NCBI GenBank assembly: GCA_964291315.2
Contig: OZ219753.1
Span: 704,001 to 768,000 of the forward strand
Reading direction: 5' to 3'
DNA from: Candidatus Poribacteria bacterium
Lineage (GTDB): Bacteria; Poribacteria; WGA-4E; WGA-3G
Length of the DNA: 64,000 nt
In this document: positions 29,489-39,267 of the stretch, one piece after another
How positions within the stretch are numbered: the first letter of the stretch is position 1
Layout of the letters: each line of letters opens with the position of its first letter
Translations under genes and position numbers: made by a program
The notes under the pieces: generated by a model
Seen by the model: only the letters and a program-made list of their open reading frames with translations
What the model was told of the DNA's origin: nothing
Databases searched by the model: none

Positions 29489-29724
29489 GCACAGGCTATC
29501 AGCCTATGCTAAAAGTGTGGATGCACAGGCTATCAGTCTATGCTAAAAGGGTCTTGCACAGACTGACAGTCTATGCTACAAGAGCTACTGCGCAGACTGC
29601 GAGTGTATGCTGCAAGTGTGGATGCACAGACTAACAGTCTATGCTACAAGAGGTACTGCACGGGAAACTGCTAGGTTATGCTGCAAGGGTTACTGCGCGG
29701 GAAACTGACAGTCTATGTTGCAAG
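29489..29724. repeat. Tandem array of 7 REP-like units (33-37 bp period)
   Basis: Consensus GCACAGACTGACAGTCTATGCTACAAG plus short linkers, all in the same orientation. Confidence 0.88.
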
Positions 29725-29755
29725 TTAGCGTAGAAAAAAGCTTCGCGCGGGGGTC

Positions 29756-31900
29756 CTAGTGCACATAACTTTCGCGGGGTTCGTCGAGATCGACAAGTAC
29801 TCGTGAGCCGACTTGTAAGAACCTGCCGTTTAGCATTGTGAATTGGACATCAGGGTTTGTGGGTGCTTGGCGTAAGTAGAGATATTCTCCGACAAAAGTA
29901 ATATCGGCTGCTGACATTTCGGTTAATCCGTCGTCGGAGATAAGGAAGGTGTCGGTTGTGTTGTGCAGCTGCAGCGTGAAGCCCGTTGCCAAGACATCTG
30001 CGTCTGTACGGACTGGAAGGTTGGTAAGGGTTGGGTGCGTGTTGGCCTCGGGTTGCATAGGAAATAGGATCGTGTTCAGCACTAGTGGTGATTCGCCATT
30101 TAGTCGATAGGTAGCGGTGTCTGCATCTAACGTTAGCGTGAGCTCGGGTGTTGCAGTTGCTCCGAGGAAGAGCGTGCTTTTGCCCGGGGATTGTGTCCAT
30201 ACAGTGAGTGTATTCTCCGAAGTGTGGAGCGAGGTTTGTCGGTTCAGCGAGAAAACCTGCTCTAGGGTGTGTGTATTCTGTGCGAGGAGCAGGTCGTGCA
30301 AGATGAAATATTCGCCTTTGAGGTAGAAGAGAGAGCGTTTGTGATGGATATTAGCGGTTTGTGAGTTTTCGGCGTGTGGTGTTAATGCGCGCCAGCCTTC
30401 GAACCAATCGAATGCTGGTGTAGCGATCCATCTTCTGTGGAGCGCGCTCTCATCTACGGGTTTACCGTCAAGTAGGCGTATAGAGGCGGTTGTTAGCTCT
30501 TGTGCGTGGGCGTGGAGTGTGAGTTGTGATATGATGTTGTGGGCGTTTGTTTTTCCGTGTGGGCGTGTGTCCAGAAAGAGGTATTGGGCATCAGGTGTCC
30601 AGTTATTTCTCATTACGTACCAGCCGGTTTCATGTAGCGGGTGGGAAGTGGTATCGGGATATGGGATCTCGTTGCTGTGGGCGCTGCTGTTGTCGATGGA
30701 GCGGATTTCAAGGAGGTTGATATTCGGGTTGGGCGATGCTCCGCATGAAGGGAGCTGTGTGTCAGGTTGGCTTAAATGGATACATGCTTTTACTTGCTTT
30801 TCAACGGCTTCTTTAAGGAATTCAACGTGTGCTGTGTGTTTCCCGCAAAAGGAGAGGAATCTGTTAAAATCTGTGATTGCTTCGACTTGTGCGGAGACCG
30901 TTCGGTCTTTATGGAAGCCGTCTGTATGGAAGAAGGCGTTGTTAATCCAATGGTAGCGGCGCAATGCTAAGAGAAGGAGCGTTTCGCTGTGCCGGCATTC
31001 AGGGAACAGGGTTGCCGCGATACCGATTTCGGTAGTTGCCTTGAGTGCGGGAGTGGGGTGAATAGATAGGTGAAGTAGGGATTCGAGATAGTTTTTTGCG
31101 GTGGTGTATGTATCGGACCTTTTCGGTAGATGGAACGTCTTGTCTGCAATTTTTGCGTCTAAGAAGGTCTGTCGAAAGGCGGTGTATTCGGACTTGGCAG
31201 CGGATATGTTGTCTGCGATCAGTGCTGTTTTCACTGCCTGCATTCCGGGAAAATCCAGGTTGAGCGTATCAAAGAAGTCGTGAGCGTTTAACGGCAATTT
31301 GTATGGGTTTATCGGTATGAAATTAGGGGCGAGAACGGTGTTATAGGCGGTTACCGCGCCTTCTAGGATTGGGAGTTTTCGTTGATTTGCGAGCGAAAGA
31401 GCGGTGTTAAGGGGGAGTGTAAGGTGTGAATCTGTTGGTTTGGGAGAGATCAGTGTGAGTGGTGTTGCAACTCTTCCGAATCCGGCGAGTTGCCAGAGGG
31501 TGGCTTGTGGTAGTGAGGCACAGAGTGTGCCGGCTAGCGCCAGGGCACTTCCTGCTTCGAGCTTGGGGCGTGGCTTGCCTTCTGAATAGGTGTAGAGGTA
31601 TTCGGTGTGCTCTAATAGGATACGGGCGAGTTCGGTGTATCCGGTATCTAGAAGTTGTTCATGTGCGGCGATTGCGACTGCCTCGATGGTTCGTGCTGCC
31701 ACAGCTTCCAATCGCCATGCGGGGTTGTGTGGTGAGAATTCGATGGGAGTTGGATGTGTTTGTGTGAAGGTGTAGAGTTCTTCGAAATCGGCGATTGGTT
31801 CAAGTTGCGTGATGCTGTCTGGTGGTTTCTGTTCTGCGAATTCGTGTGCAAGTAGTTGAATATGTTCTGCTTGGAGGGTTGTGGATTTTTCAAGTGGCAT
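29756..31900 (-). CDS. Heparinase II/III-like protein (divergent)
   Basis: GWYVMRNNWTPDAQYLFLD, HHKRSLFYLKGEYFILHDLL; alpha-helical N-half, beta-rich C-half. Confidence 0.6.
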   Translation of the reverse strand: MPLEKSTTLQAEHIQLLAHEFAEQKPPDSITQLEPIADFEELYTFTQTHPTPIEFSPHNPAWRLEAVAARTIEAVAIAAHEQLLDTGYTELARILLEHTEYLYTYSEGKPRPKLEAGSALALAGTLCASLPQATLWQLAGFGRVATPLTLISPKPTDSHLTLPLNTALSLANQRKLPILEGAVTAYNTVLAPNFIPINPYKLPLNAHDFFDTLNLDFPGMQAVKTALIADNISAAKSEYTAFRQTFLDAKIADKTFHLPKRSDTYTTAKNYLESLLHLSIHPTPALKATTEIGIAATLFPECRHSETLLLLALRRYHWINNAFFHTDGFHKDRTVSAQVEAITDFNRFLSFCGKHTAHVEFLKEAVEKQVKACIHLSQPDTQLPSCGASPNPNINLLEIRSIDNSSAHSNEIPYPDTTSHPLHETGWYVMRNNWTPDAQYLFLDTRPHGKTNAHNIISQLTLHAHAQELTTASIRLLDGKPVDESALHRRWIATPAFDWFEGWRALTPHAENSQTANIHHKRSLFYLKGEYFILHDLLLAQNTHTLEQVFSLNRQTSLHTSENTLTVWTQSPGKSTLFLGATATPELTLTLDADTATYRLNGESPLVLNTILFPMQPEANTHPTLTNLPVRTDADVLATGFTLQLHNTTDTFLISDDGLTEMSAADITFVGEYLYLRQAPTNPDVQFTMLNGRFLQVGSRVLVDLDEPRESYVH

Positions 31901-31940
31901 GCTATGTTTGGCTCCTAAGGATCTGTGTGTTTGTGGTATG

Positions 31941-31971
31941 AAAAAAGGAGGTGCGAAGAGCCCCTCCTTTG
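31941..31971 (-). terminator. Rho-independent terminator after the STAS gene
   Basis: AAAGGAGG...CCTCCTTT stem followed by a T-run on the minus strand. Confidence 0.55.
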
Positions 31972-31993
31972 TGGCTTTAATTGAATTTTGGAT

Positions 31994-32347
31994 TTAGGAG
32001 GATAGTGCTGAAATTGCGGTATTTTCGTTGTCGAAATGCTCGAATAGTTTCATGACTCGGCTCAGGACGATCAGATTTTTTATATTTTGTCCGGCATGGA
32101 TGGCAGCGATGCGTCCGTTTTTTCGTGTAGCGGCTGCGCGTGCTTCCATGAGAGTTCCGAGTCCTGAGCTGTCAATCATTTTGACGTTTTTGAAGTCGAT
32201 GAGAATTCGTGGTGTATGGGATCCTTCTATTTCTGGTAAGATGATTTCCCGTAGCGCCGATACAGAGTCTCCTACGATCTTTCCAGATGGTTTCACAATT
32301 GAGATGCCATTTTGTTGGCGAATTTGTGTTGTCATTTTTTGCTCCAT
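31994..32347 (-). CDS. STAS-domain anti-sigma factor antagonist
   Basis: ILIDFKNVKMIDSSGLGTL motif. Confidence 0.9.
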   Translation of the reverse strand: MEQKMTTQIRQQNGISIVKPSGKIVGDSVSALREIILPEIEGSHTPRILIDFKNVKMIDSSGLGTLMEARAAATRKNGRIAAIHAGQNIKNLIVLSRVMKLFEHFDNENTAISALSS

Positions 32348-32519
32348 TTTTTATTTTAAAACGAGGTGAATGTTAATTGTTTTTTTATTGTATTAAACGT
32401 TTAATTTAGGTTTTGGTTTATTCTTGGGTCAGATTTGATTCAGAAAGGTTTGTTTTCTTCAATTAATTTATTTTTCTAGAATTTATAGGGTCGGAGTCGC
32501 TATTTGGTCCAAAAATGAT

Positions 32520-32548
32520 TTGACAGAATCGGAACGTTATGCGATAAT
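32520..32548 (+). promoter_or_regulatory. Sigma70-type promoter for the VOC-amidohydrolase pair
   Basis: TTGACA-17 nt-GATAAT. Confidence 0.55.
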
Positions 32549-32626
32549 AGTATATCTTTTATGATGTATTATGTTTTTAGTTGCGCGTGTTAGGCGCGCT
32601 TTTTCTAATGAAAGGGAGTATTAAGA

Positions 32627-32998
32627 GTGGCAGTTAAATTTCATCATGTCCATCTTCGGTGTGAGGATTTGGATAGTGCAGTCAGTTACTATGAAAAGAT
32701 GTTTGATGGTAAAGTTGTTGAGACGGTTGATGTTCGGGGGTTGAAAATTGTCCGCATGGACATTGGTGGGGAGCGGATATTTCTTTCTCCGAAGTTAGGT
32801 GATATGGAGGTAGAGGCTAGTAGTGGCAATCCGCGTTATGGTGTCTATCAGCTTGCTTTTACGGTAGAGGATCTGGATGCGGCTGTTGCGGATCTTCGAG
32901 CGAGAGGTGCGGAGCTTGAAGATTTGAAGCCTGAGGGTCTTATGATGGCGTTTTTCAAGGGTCCTGATAATGTTCAGATTGAACTTATTGAGGCGTAA
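32627..32998 (+). CDS. VOC/glyoxalase family protein
   Basis: FHHVHLRCEDL, QLAFTVEDLD, FFKGPDNVQIELIE. Confidence 0.88.
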   Translation: MAVKFHHVHLRCEDLDSAVSYYEKMFDGKVVETVDVRGLKIVRMDIGGERIFLSPKLGDMEVEASSGNPRYGVYQLAFTVEDLDAAVADLRARGAELEDLKPEGLMMAFFKGPDNVQIELIEA

Positions 32999-33016
32999 CA
33001 AGAGCTGGGATTCAGC

Positions 33017-34138
33017 GTGAAAATGAAATATGACCTTCTATTGAAAGGTGGCATTGTCCTTGATGCTGCGCAAGGTTTGCACGCTCGGCGCGATGTTGCG
33101 ATTGCTGATGGCAGTGTTGCGGCGATCGAGTTGGATATTCCGGAGTGTGCGGCGGTAGAGACTGTTTTTGTCAAAGACAGGTATGTTACGCCTGGGCTGA
33201 TAGACATCCATACGCATGTGTATTATGGTGTGACGACTTGGGGTATTAGGGCGGATGCGGTTTGTCCGACGGCTGGTACGACGACGGTAGTGGATGCGGG
33301 TAGCCCGAGTTGGGTGACTTTTCCGGGTTTTCGGGAATTCATCGTTGAGCCGGCGCGTACCAATATTCTCAGTTACATTCACATTTCGGGGATTGGTCTT
33401 GTTTATGGTCCGTTGGGTGAGATGATCGATATGGCTTATGCTGCGCCTGATCGGGTTGCGGAGACGCTGCAAGAGTACCCGGATGTTGCTGTTGGGGTTA
33501 AGGTGCGTCAAGGTAAGATGCAAGTTGGTGAGAATGGTGTTGAGCCGTTGAAGTTGGCTATCCAAGCGGCTGAGGAGGCGGGTGCCCCTGTTATGTGCCA
33601 TATTGGTGCTGGTGTGCCGCTCCCGGAGGTTTTGGGTCTTCTGCGTGCTGGCGATGTGATTACGCACTGTTTTCAGGGTAATGGTGACAGCATCGTTGAT
33701 GCAAAAGGTAGGGTTATCCCTGAAGCGTGGCAGGCGCGTGAAGATGGCATTATTTTTGATGTTGGGCACGGTGCGGGGAGTTTTCGTTATGAAATTGCTC
33801 AGCGTGCGATGGAGCAGGGGTTTATTTCTGATGTGATCAGCACAGATTTGCACACCGGAAACGTCAATGGTCCTGTTTACGATCTGCCGACGACATTGTC
33901 AAAGTTGATGCATTTAGGTTTGCCGCTTGCGGATGTGATAGAGAAAGCGACATTTAGTGCTGCAAAGGCTATTCGGCGGGAGGCAGAACTTGGTCACTTG
34001 AAAGTTGGTGCGGTCGCTGATGTTGCGGTGTTTGATGTTCTTGAGGGGCGGTTTGAATACTTTGATTCACACGGAACAAAGTTCATAGGAAATAAGAAAT
34101 TGAAGACGGAATTAACAATACGTAAGGGGAAAATCTAA
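33017..34138 (+). CDS. Amidohydrolase (dihydroorotase/deacetylase-like)
   Basis: PGLIDIHTH, GTTTVVDAGS, VITHCF, FDVGHGAGSF, ISTDLH. Confidence 0.88.
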   Translation: MKMKYDLLLKGGIVLDAAQGLHARRDVAIADGSVAAIELDIPECAAVETVFVKDRYVTPGLIDIHTHVYYGVTTWGIRADAVCPTAGTTTVVDAGSPSWVTFPGFREFIVEPARTNILSYIHISGIGLVYGPLGEMIDMAYAAPDRVAETLQEYPDVAVGVKVRQGKMQVGENGVEPLKLAIQAAEEAGAPVMCHIGAGVPLPEVLGLLRAGDVITHCFQGNGDSIVDAKGRVIPEAWQAREDGIIFDVGHGAGSFRYEIAQRAMEQGFISDVISTDLHTGNVNGPVYDLPTTLSKLMHLGLPLADVIEKATFSAAKAIRREAELGHLKVGAVADVAVFDVLEGRFEYFDSHGTKFIGNKKLKTELTIRKGKI

Positions 34139-34486
34139 GGCTGCCGTATGTTCTGGATCTCTGGTTTCTGATTTTCGCGTGCTGATGGGGTGTCGGTTCT
34201 CGGCATGCGGGTGTCGGTTAGGGCGGTTCTGTGGACTCCGGTCTTTGCAGGTCTACATCAGGCAAAGTCGTCTTAAACGGATATAGCGTGATTTTTCACG
34301 CGCTATCTGCTATACTTTACTACGGAGCTATTTAGTTTTCTGGTAGTTTCCATCCAATTGCCGAGGTAGGTTTAGTCTTGAAATGGAAGGGCTCTATTTC
34401 TTTGATTTTTGCGGTTTGTATGTGGTAAATTATACTATTAACTCAGTAGTGCGAACAGAAAGGATAGCAGGAGCATTCGAGCGCGT

Positions 34487-35557
34487 ATGAGAGATCAACA
34501 AGAACAGTCAAGTGTTAAGCGGCACAGCCAATACGATACTGTTTCCAAGGCGATTATTCACCAAAACCCACAGGACTGGACGGAGTTTGCCCTCGGCAGG
34601 AGAGACGTGGAGGCAATTCGTGTTTTAGAGACCGAGCAGCCGACGGTGAAGTCAAATAGAGCGGATAGTTTCATAGAGGTGCGTGTGGGTGGTGAGCCTG
34701 CGATTGTGCATCTTGAGATCCAGACGCGGGATAGTGGCGCGGTGCCGATGCCGTATCGTATGGCGGGCTACATCGGCAGGGGCATAGAGCAGTTTCAGTT
34801 GCCGATTTACTCACGCGTGATCTACCTGTATCCGCGTGCGGGCCGGCGGGATCCTGGAGCGTATGTTCAATCGTTTCCTGGGTATGAGGTTCGTATCGGC
34901 TACAAGGTGATTCGTCTGTATGATACAGATGGTTCTCGGTTCTTGGATTCGGGTGTGAAGGGTTTGATTCCGTTTACGCCGTTGATGCGTCCGTCGGGTG
35001 ATGCGTCTGGTGTTGCGTGGCTTCGGCGGTGTGTGTCGGTTGCGGAGTCAGTGTATGCGGAGAGTGTGTCAAAGAGTGAGTATCTCACAGATTTAGGCAT
35101 TCTGAGCGGTTTGATATTTGAGTATTCGTCGATTCGTGAGGCGATAATGGAGGCGATCATGCAAGAGTCATCGGTTATTCAACATTTTCTTCAGCAAGGT
35201 ATAGAACGCGGTCTTGAGCAAGGCATAGAGCGGGGTAGAGAGGAGGGCCTTGAGCAAGGCATAGAACGCGGTAGAGAGGAGGGCCTTGAGCAAGGCATAG
35301 AACGCGGTAGAGAGGAGGGCCTTGAACAAGGCATAGAGCGGGGTGCCCGGGATAGTCTGATAGAAGGCATCCTTGAGACCTTAGAACTGCGGTTCAGCGG
35401 CAGCACCTTATCACAGGTTGCGTCTGCTCTGGGGCGTGTTCAGTCTCTGCCGCGTCTCAAGGCGCTTCGCCGTGAGGCACTGCAGACAGCGAGCCTCGGT
35501 GCATTCCAAGAGGCGTTGGAGAGGATCCGAGACAGCAACGGGAACGCCTCGGCTTAA
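34487..35557 (+). CDS. Rpn/YhgA-like PD-(D/E)xK nuclease (recombination-promoting nuclease family)
   Basis: YDTVSK, RADSFI, VHLEIQT, MPYRMAGY, MQESSVIQ and GLEQGIERGREE repeats, LELRF tail. Confidence 0.82.
   Translation: MRDQQEQSSVKRHSQYDTVSKAIIHQNPQDWTEFALGRRDVEAIRVLETEQPTVKSNRADSFIEVRVGGEPAIVHLEIQTRDSGAVPMPYRMAGYIGRGIEQFQLPIYSRVIYLYPRAGRRDPGAYVQSFPGYEVRIGYKVIRLYDTDGSRFLDSGVKGLIPFTPLMRPSGDASGVAWLRRCVSVAESVYAESVSKSEYLTDLGILSGLIFEYSSIREAIMEAIMQESSVIQHFLQQGIERGLEQGIERGREEGLEQGIERGREEGLEQGIERGREEGLEQGIERGARDSLIEGILETLELRFSGSTLSQVASALGRVQSLPRLKALRREALQTASLGAFQEALERIRDSNGNASA
35159..35557 (+). CDS. Predicted internal small protein (RpnS-like antitoxin), in frame within the Rpn gene
   Basis: GGAGG (35149-53) 5 nt before in-frame ATG 35159 (MQESSVIQ...), matching the gene-within-gene layout known for Rpn proteins. 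Confidence 0.55.
   Translation: MQESSVIQHFLQQGIERGLEQGIERGREEGLEQGIERGREEGLEQGIERGREEGLEQGIERGARDSLIEGILETLELRFSGSTLSQVASALGRVQSLPRLKALRREALQTASLGAFQEALERIRDSNGNASA
35196..35345 (+). repeat. 36-bp coding tandem repeats (GLEQGIERGREE)n
   Basis: Three full GLEQGIERGREE units plus flanking partial units; the duplicate copy downstream has no full unit. Confidence 0.9.
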
Positions 35558-35558
35558 T

Positions 35559-36045
35559 TTTGATTCCGTTTACGCCGTTGATGCGTTCCTCGGCAGATGC
35601 GTCGGGCGATGCGTGGCTTCGGCGGTGCGTATCGGTTGCGGAGTCAGTGTATGCGGAGAGTGTGTCAAAGAGTGAATATCTCACAGATTTAGGCATTCTG
35701 AGCGGTTTGATATTTGAGTATTCGTCGATTCGTGAGGCGATAATGGAGGCGATCATGCAAGAGTCATCGGTTATTCAACATTTTCTTCAGCAAGGTATAG
35801 AACGCGGTCTTGAGCAAGGTATAGAGCGGGGTGCCCGGGATAGTCTGATAGAAGGTATCCTTGAGATCTTGGAACTGCGGTTCAGCGCTAGTGCCTTATC
35901 ACAGGTTGTGTCTGCTCTGGGGCGTATTCAGTCTCTGCCGCGTCTCAAGGTGCTTCGCCGTGAGGCAGTGCAGACAGAGAGTCTCGGTGCATTCCAAGAG
36001 GCGTTGGAGAGGAGTCGAGGCAGCAACGCAAACGTCTCGGCTTAA
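35559..36045 (+). CDS. Tandem duplicate of the Rpn 3' half; probable product is a 96-aa RpnS-like protein from ATG 35755
   Basis: Closely similar to 34963-35557, starts right after the TAA, lacks the nuclease domain, keeps GGAGG-N5-ATG. Confidence 0.7.
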
Positions 36046-36051
36046 TGCGGA

Positions 36052-36080
36052 TGTAGCAGAGCTTGAGAGTTTCTGCTACA
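36052..36080. repeat. GTAG-ended inverted repeat/hairpin after the Rpn duplicate
   Basis: TGTAGCAGA-N11-TCTGCTACA; ends match the REP family seen in the defence island. Confidence 0.6.
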
Positions 36081-36160
36081 GATTAGGTTGGGGATAAGAT
36101 CGAGAACGTATCGCAAAAGTCAGGAAGTTACTGGCCAGTGGAATTCCGCGTGCTTTCGCT

Positions 36161-36583
36161 GTGGGCGTATGTCAAACGGACATGTTAAATATAAACAGAA
36201 AACTGAGAGGCTGTTATAGACGAATACTCATTTTCTTGTTGGCAGTTGTGGGTGTTTGTTTAATTGTGGGTGTGGTTGTCTACCGTAGGGTTGGCGGCAT
36301 CGAGGGGACTCGTTATTGGATGGCAGAACGTGCGCTCGACGGTGTTGAAAAACATCTGAAGACTCAAAATCGGCCAGACGGTATCTCAGAGGAGCAGATC
36401 GTTATCGTATTTGGTAGGGTCCGGGAGGCGAATCGCCATCGACGGACTAATCTAGGTGAGCTCTATGATGTCCTGAAGTTGTATCAGACTGAGTTCTATA
36501 CAAAAAAGCCATCTACGCCGGAGGTGGAAGTGTTTCTCAAGGAGCTTAGCCAGACAGTTCTCCAGGAGACGCTTAAGGAATGA
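36161..36583 (+). CDS. Hypothetical membrane-anchored protein
   Basis: Single hydrophobic segment ILIFLLAVVGVCLIVGVVVY; likely start ATG 36182. Confidence 0.6.
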   Translation: MGVCQTDMLNINRKLRGCYRRILIFLLAVVGVCLIVGVVVYRRVGGIEGTRYWMAERALDGVEKHLKTQNRPDGISEEQIVIVFGRVREANRHRRTNLGELYDVLKLYQTEFYTKKPSTPEVEVFLKELSQTVLQETLKE

Positions 36584-36594
36584 TGTGTACGGGG

Positions 36595-37677
36595 TTATGC
36601 GCGAAATGTGCCAATCATTTCCCGAATTTCTGCTATATCGGTATCGTTGCTTAGTTTGGGGTTAATAATTTGGGTTAGTGCGGATTGGAATCTGTGTGTG
36701 GTATTGCCCCATGCCTGTATCAACATTTTGCTTTCGGGGGTTTCGGGTTTTGCAACGGATTGAATTATTCGGTGGATGGCTGAGAGATAAAAGAGCAAAT
36801 GATGTGCGTCAACACGGGCTGCGATCTCTGCTGGGGAGCTGCGTTCTCGGTGTGTGCATACCCATTCTGCGTAGGTATTGACGAGTTTTCTGTTTAAGAG
36901 GGAAACGAAGTTTGCGTTTTTTGTTGTTCTGGGCAAAAATGCCCCGATGCTATTGAGAATTTGTACGAGTCGGATTTCCTGCCAATTCCAGCCGATACTG
37001 GCGAAGTCGATGAAAGTGGGGGTTTCGCCTGTGATTACAATATTGCGTGCGTTGTTGTCTAGGCTGCCGAGTGCGGTTGGTGCGAGCTGTAGCCGGATGG
37101 CGAGTGCGTTCCATTTCTCTATGAGGGTTTCTGCCTGTGTAGGTGGCATGTTTTTTTTGCCGAGGTGGGAAAGGTAACCGATAACCTTTATGCCGCGCTC
37201 CAATGAATTTTTCAGGTGCTGGTGTGCGTCAAAACGGAAGATGTAAGGTCGAAGCTGCTCGGTGTGTGTTGCGAAACGGGTTTCGATCTCACACAGTTTT
37301 TGAAGGGTTGTCTGTAGCAGTGATTCGATGTTGACAGGGGGTGTTTCATCAGATTGCGCGATGGCATCAAGCGTCTGCTCTCCGCACCACTGTAACAAGA
37401 GAGCATGAAGTTCCAATGAATGCCAAATGACTTGTGGGACTGGACAGCGGTCCTGGTGTAACATGGACAGTACCTTGGTTTCTATCTGGCATGGCGTGTA
37501 TTTGGATTCGCCGACGGCGGTTTTGATGTCATGCTGTTTGAGTAGGTATTTGTCGGTGCCGATATTGAGTGAACAGACGTTGTGTCGGATTCTTGTTCCG
37601 TGTTGGATCGGTTCGAGGCGGATGGATTTTGGGTCTGTTTTGAAGTGGGCGGCGATTGGTTGAATTAGGTGCTGCAA
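36595..37677 (-). CDS. Aminoglycoside phosphotransferase/kinase-like fold protein
   Basis: YLLKQH, CPVPQVI, LDNNARNIVI (HxDxxxxN-like), FIDFASIGW. Confidence 0.65.
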   Translation of the reverse strand: MQHLIQPIAAHFKTDPKSIRLEPIQHGTRIRHNVCSLNIGTDKYLLKQHDIKTAVGESKYTPCQIETKVLSMLHQDRCPVPQVIWHSLELHALLLQWCGEQTLDAIAQSDETPPVNIESLLQTTLQKLCEIETRFATHTEQLRPYIFRFDAHQHLKNSLERGIKVIGYLSHLGKKNMPPTQAETLIEKWNALAIRLQLAPTALGSLDNNARNIVITGETPTFIDFASIGWNWQEIRLVQILNSIGAFLPRTTKNANFVSLLNRKLVNTYAEWVCTHRERSSPAEIAARVDAHHLLFYLSAIHRIIQSVAKPETPESKMLIQAWGNTTHRFQSALTQIINPKLSNDTDIAEIREMIGTFRA

Positions 37678-37942
37678 TGGTATATCCTCCTATTTTCTAG
37701 TATAGCATAGAGCGTGATTGAATTCCAGAATAAATAAATTGAGGGTGTGTCGATGTATTTGTTCTTTCTGTGGAAGGTGCCTCCGGCTGCTGGATACAAT
37801 CAGAAGTTGGCGTTTGAAAAATTTGTCTATAGAGGGCAGCATCGCGGTCAGCGGATGGATAAGGGGTGTCAGTGCTAACAACCGATGATCAAATATTAGG
37901 TTTGACAATAACAAGTCGGTGCTTGCTCTCTAAAAGTTAAAC

Positions 37943-37971
37943 TTGAAATTCAGCAGTTTGTGTGGTAAAAT
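37943..37971 (+). promoter_or_regulatory. Sigma70-type promoter of the rpsB operon
   Basis: TTGAAA-17 nt-TAAAAT with extended TG. Confidence 0.55.
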
Positions 37972-38049
37972 ATATGTATTAATTTGTTGAACAGACGTTT
38001 ATATTGAAATTGAAATTTTCGTTTTCTGGAAAGCGTGATAAAAAAGGAT

Positions 38050-38170
38050 ACGACACGCCTCTTGATTTGCACAGCGGGTTCTCTCATATTGGGAGTCTGA
38101 TGCGAATATGAAGGAGGTGGATGCGGAAACCCTGTAGGAATCTCGGTTACGCCTACAAACCTTAGGAGGT
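38050..38170 (+). promoter_or_regulatory. Putative rpsB (S2) autoregulatory leader RNA
   Basis: Structured-looking 5' UTR (ACACGCCTC...GAGGTG pairing, GGGTT...AACCC) ending in AAACCTTAGGAGG, resembling S2 leaders; not checked against a model. Confidence 0.45.
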
Positions 38171-38175
38171 TTTTT

Positions 38176-39081
38176 TTGGCAGTTACAATGAAAGAACTCC
38201 TTGAATGCGGAGTTCACTTTGGGCATCAGACTCGTCGCTGGAATCCGAAGATGGCGGAATACATTTTCGCTGAGCGGAACGGTATTTATATAATTGATTT
38301 GCAAAAAACGTTACGGATGCTTGAGACAGCAGTTGAGTACGTTCAGGAAGTTGCGGGGAAGGGTGGTACTGTTTTATTTGTTGGCACGAAACGTCAATCG
38401 CAAGAGGCTGTTCGCTCGGAGGCGTTGCGTTGTGGCATGTACTACGTGAACCATCGTTGGTTAGGTGGCATGCTGACGAATTTTCAGACGATTCGTCGGA
38501 GTGTCAATCGGCTTGACAAACTTGATGCTGATGAGGCGGGTGGTTTGTTTGAACAGATGCCGAAGAAAGAGGTAATGTCTCTGCGTCGTGAAAAGGGGAA
38601 GCTTGACAACAACCTCAGCGGGATTAGATCGATGAAAAAAATTCCGGACGTATTGGTAGTGACTGATATTCGGAAGGAACACACTGCTATTGCTGAAGCG
38701 AACAAATTGGATGTGCCGATTATAGCGTTGGTTGATACGAATTGCGATCCTGATCCGATTGATCTTCCTGTTCCTGGGAACGATGATGCGATTCGTTCGA
38801 TCAATCTTATTTGTTCTGTTTTGGCGGAGGCGGTGATTGAGGGTCGCGGTGGTGCGTTAGAAGGGGCGGAGGTTGCGGGTGCCGTTGAAAAAGCTGCTGA
38901 GTCGTCGCAAGAGCTGGATGTCATGCTGGACACTGAACGGCGTGAGGTGCAAAGCGAGGCGATTCTTGAGGGTGCCAAGTTATCTGCGGAACCTGAGACG
39001 ATCGGTGAAAACGAGCAGCGTGCGCGTTCTCCGCATCAGGGGAGAAGAGGTAGAAGACCTTCGCGTCAGCGATCTGAATAA
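38176..39081 (+). CDS. rpsB: 30S ribosomal protein S2 with C-terminal extension
   Basis: [41 protein letters not shown]. Confidence 0.98.
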   Translation: MAVTMKELLECGVHFGHQTRRWNPKMAEYIFAERNGIYIIDLQKTLRMLETAVEYVQEVAGKGGTVLFVGTKRQSQEAVRSEALRCGMYYVNHRWLGGMLTNFQTIRRSVNRLDKLDADEAGGLFEQMPKKEVMSLRREKGKLDNNLSGIRSMKKIPDVLVVTDIRKEHTAIAEANKLDVPIIALVDTNCDPDPIDLPVPGNDDAIRSINLICSVLAEAVIEGRGGALEGAEVAGAVEKAAESSQELDVMLDTERREVQSEAILEGAKLSAEPETIGENEQRARSPHQGRRGRRPSRQRSE

Positions 39082-39267
39082 ATGTTGATGCGGGGGCGTT
39101 CTTTTTTGGAAGGGGCCTTAATTGATCATTCCAATATGTATGGGTTCAAGTTAACCTATTTGTGCCTGATGATATGTTTGTTGCCGACATGCTTATTTAC
39201 TACTCAATGTTATGTGTGTTGAGTTGTCGTGAACGATCAGGATTATATTGGTAAAAGAGAGAGATGA

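Noticed and set aside
29489-29724. Tandem 33-37 bp units as a second CRISPR array
   Set aside because: Linkers are only about 6-10 nt and partly repeated, and the units are variable palindromes with GTAG ends; this fits REP arrays.
33038-33853. 271-aa antisense ORF and many similar shadow ORFs across the window
   Set aside because: They lie opposite well-supported genes, carry no motifs, and are expected from the strong strand and codon bias.
34487-36045. Rpn locus as an IS element
   Set aside because: No terminal inverted repeats or target duplication seen; the family's transposase label is historical.
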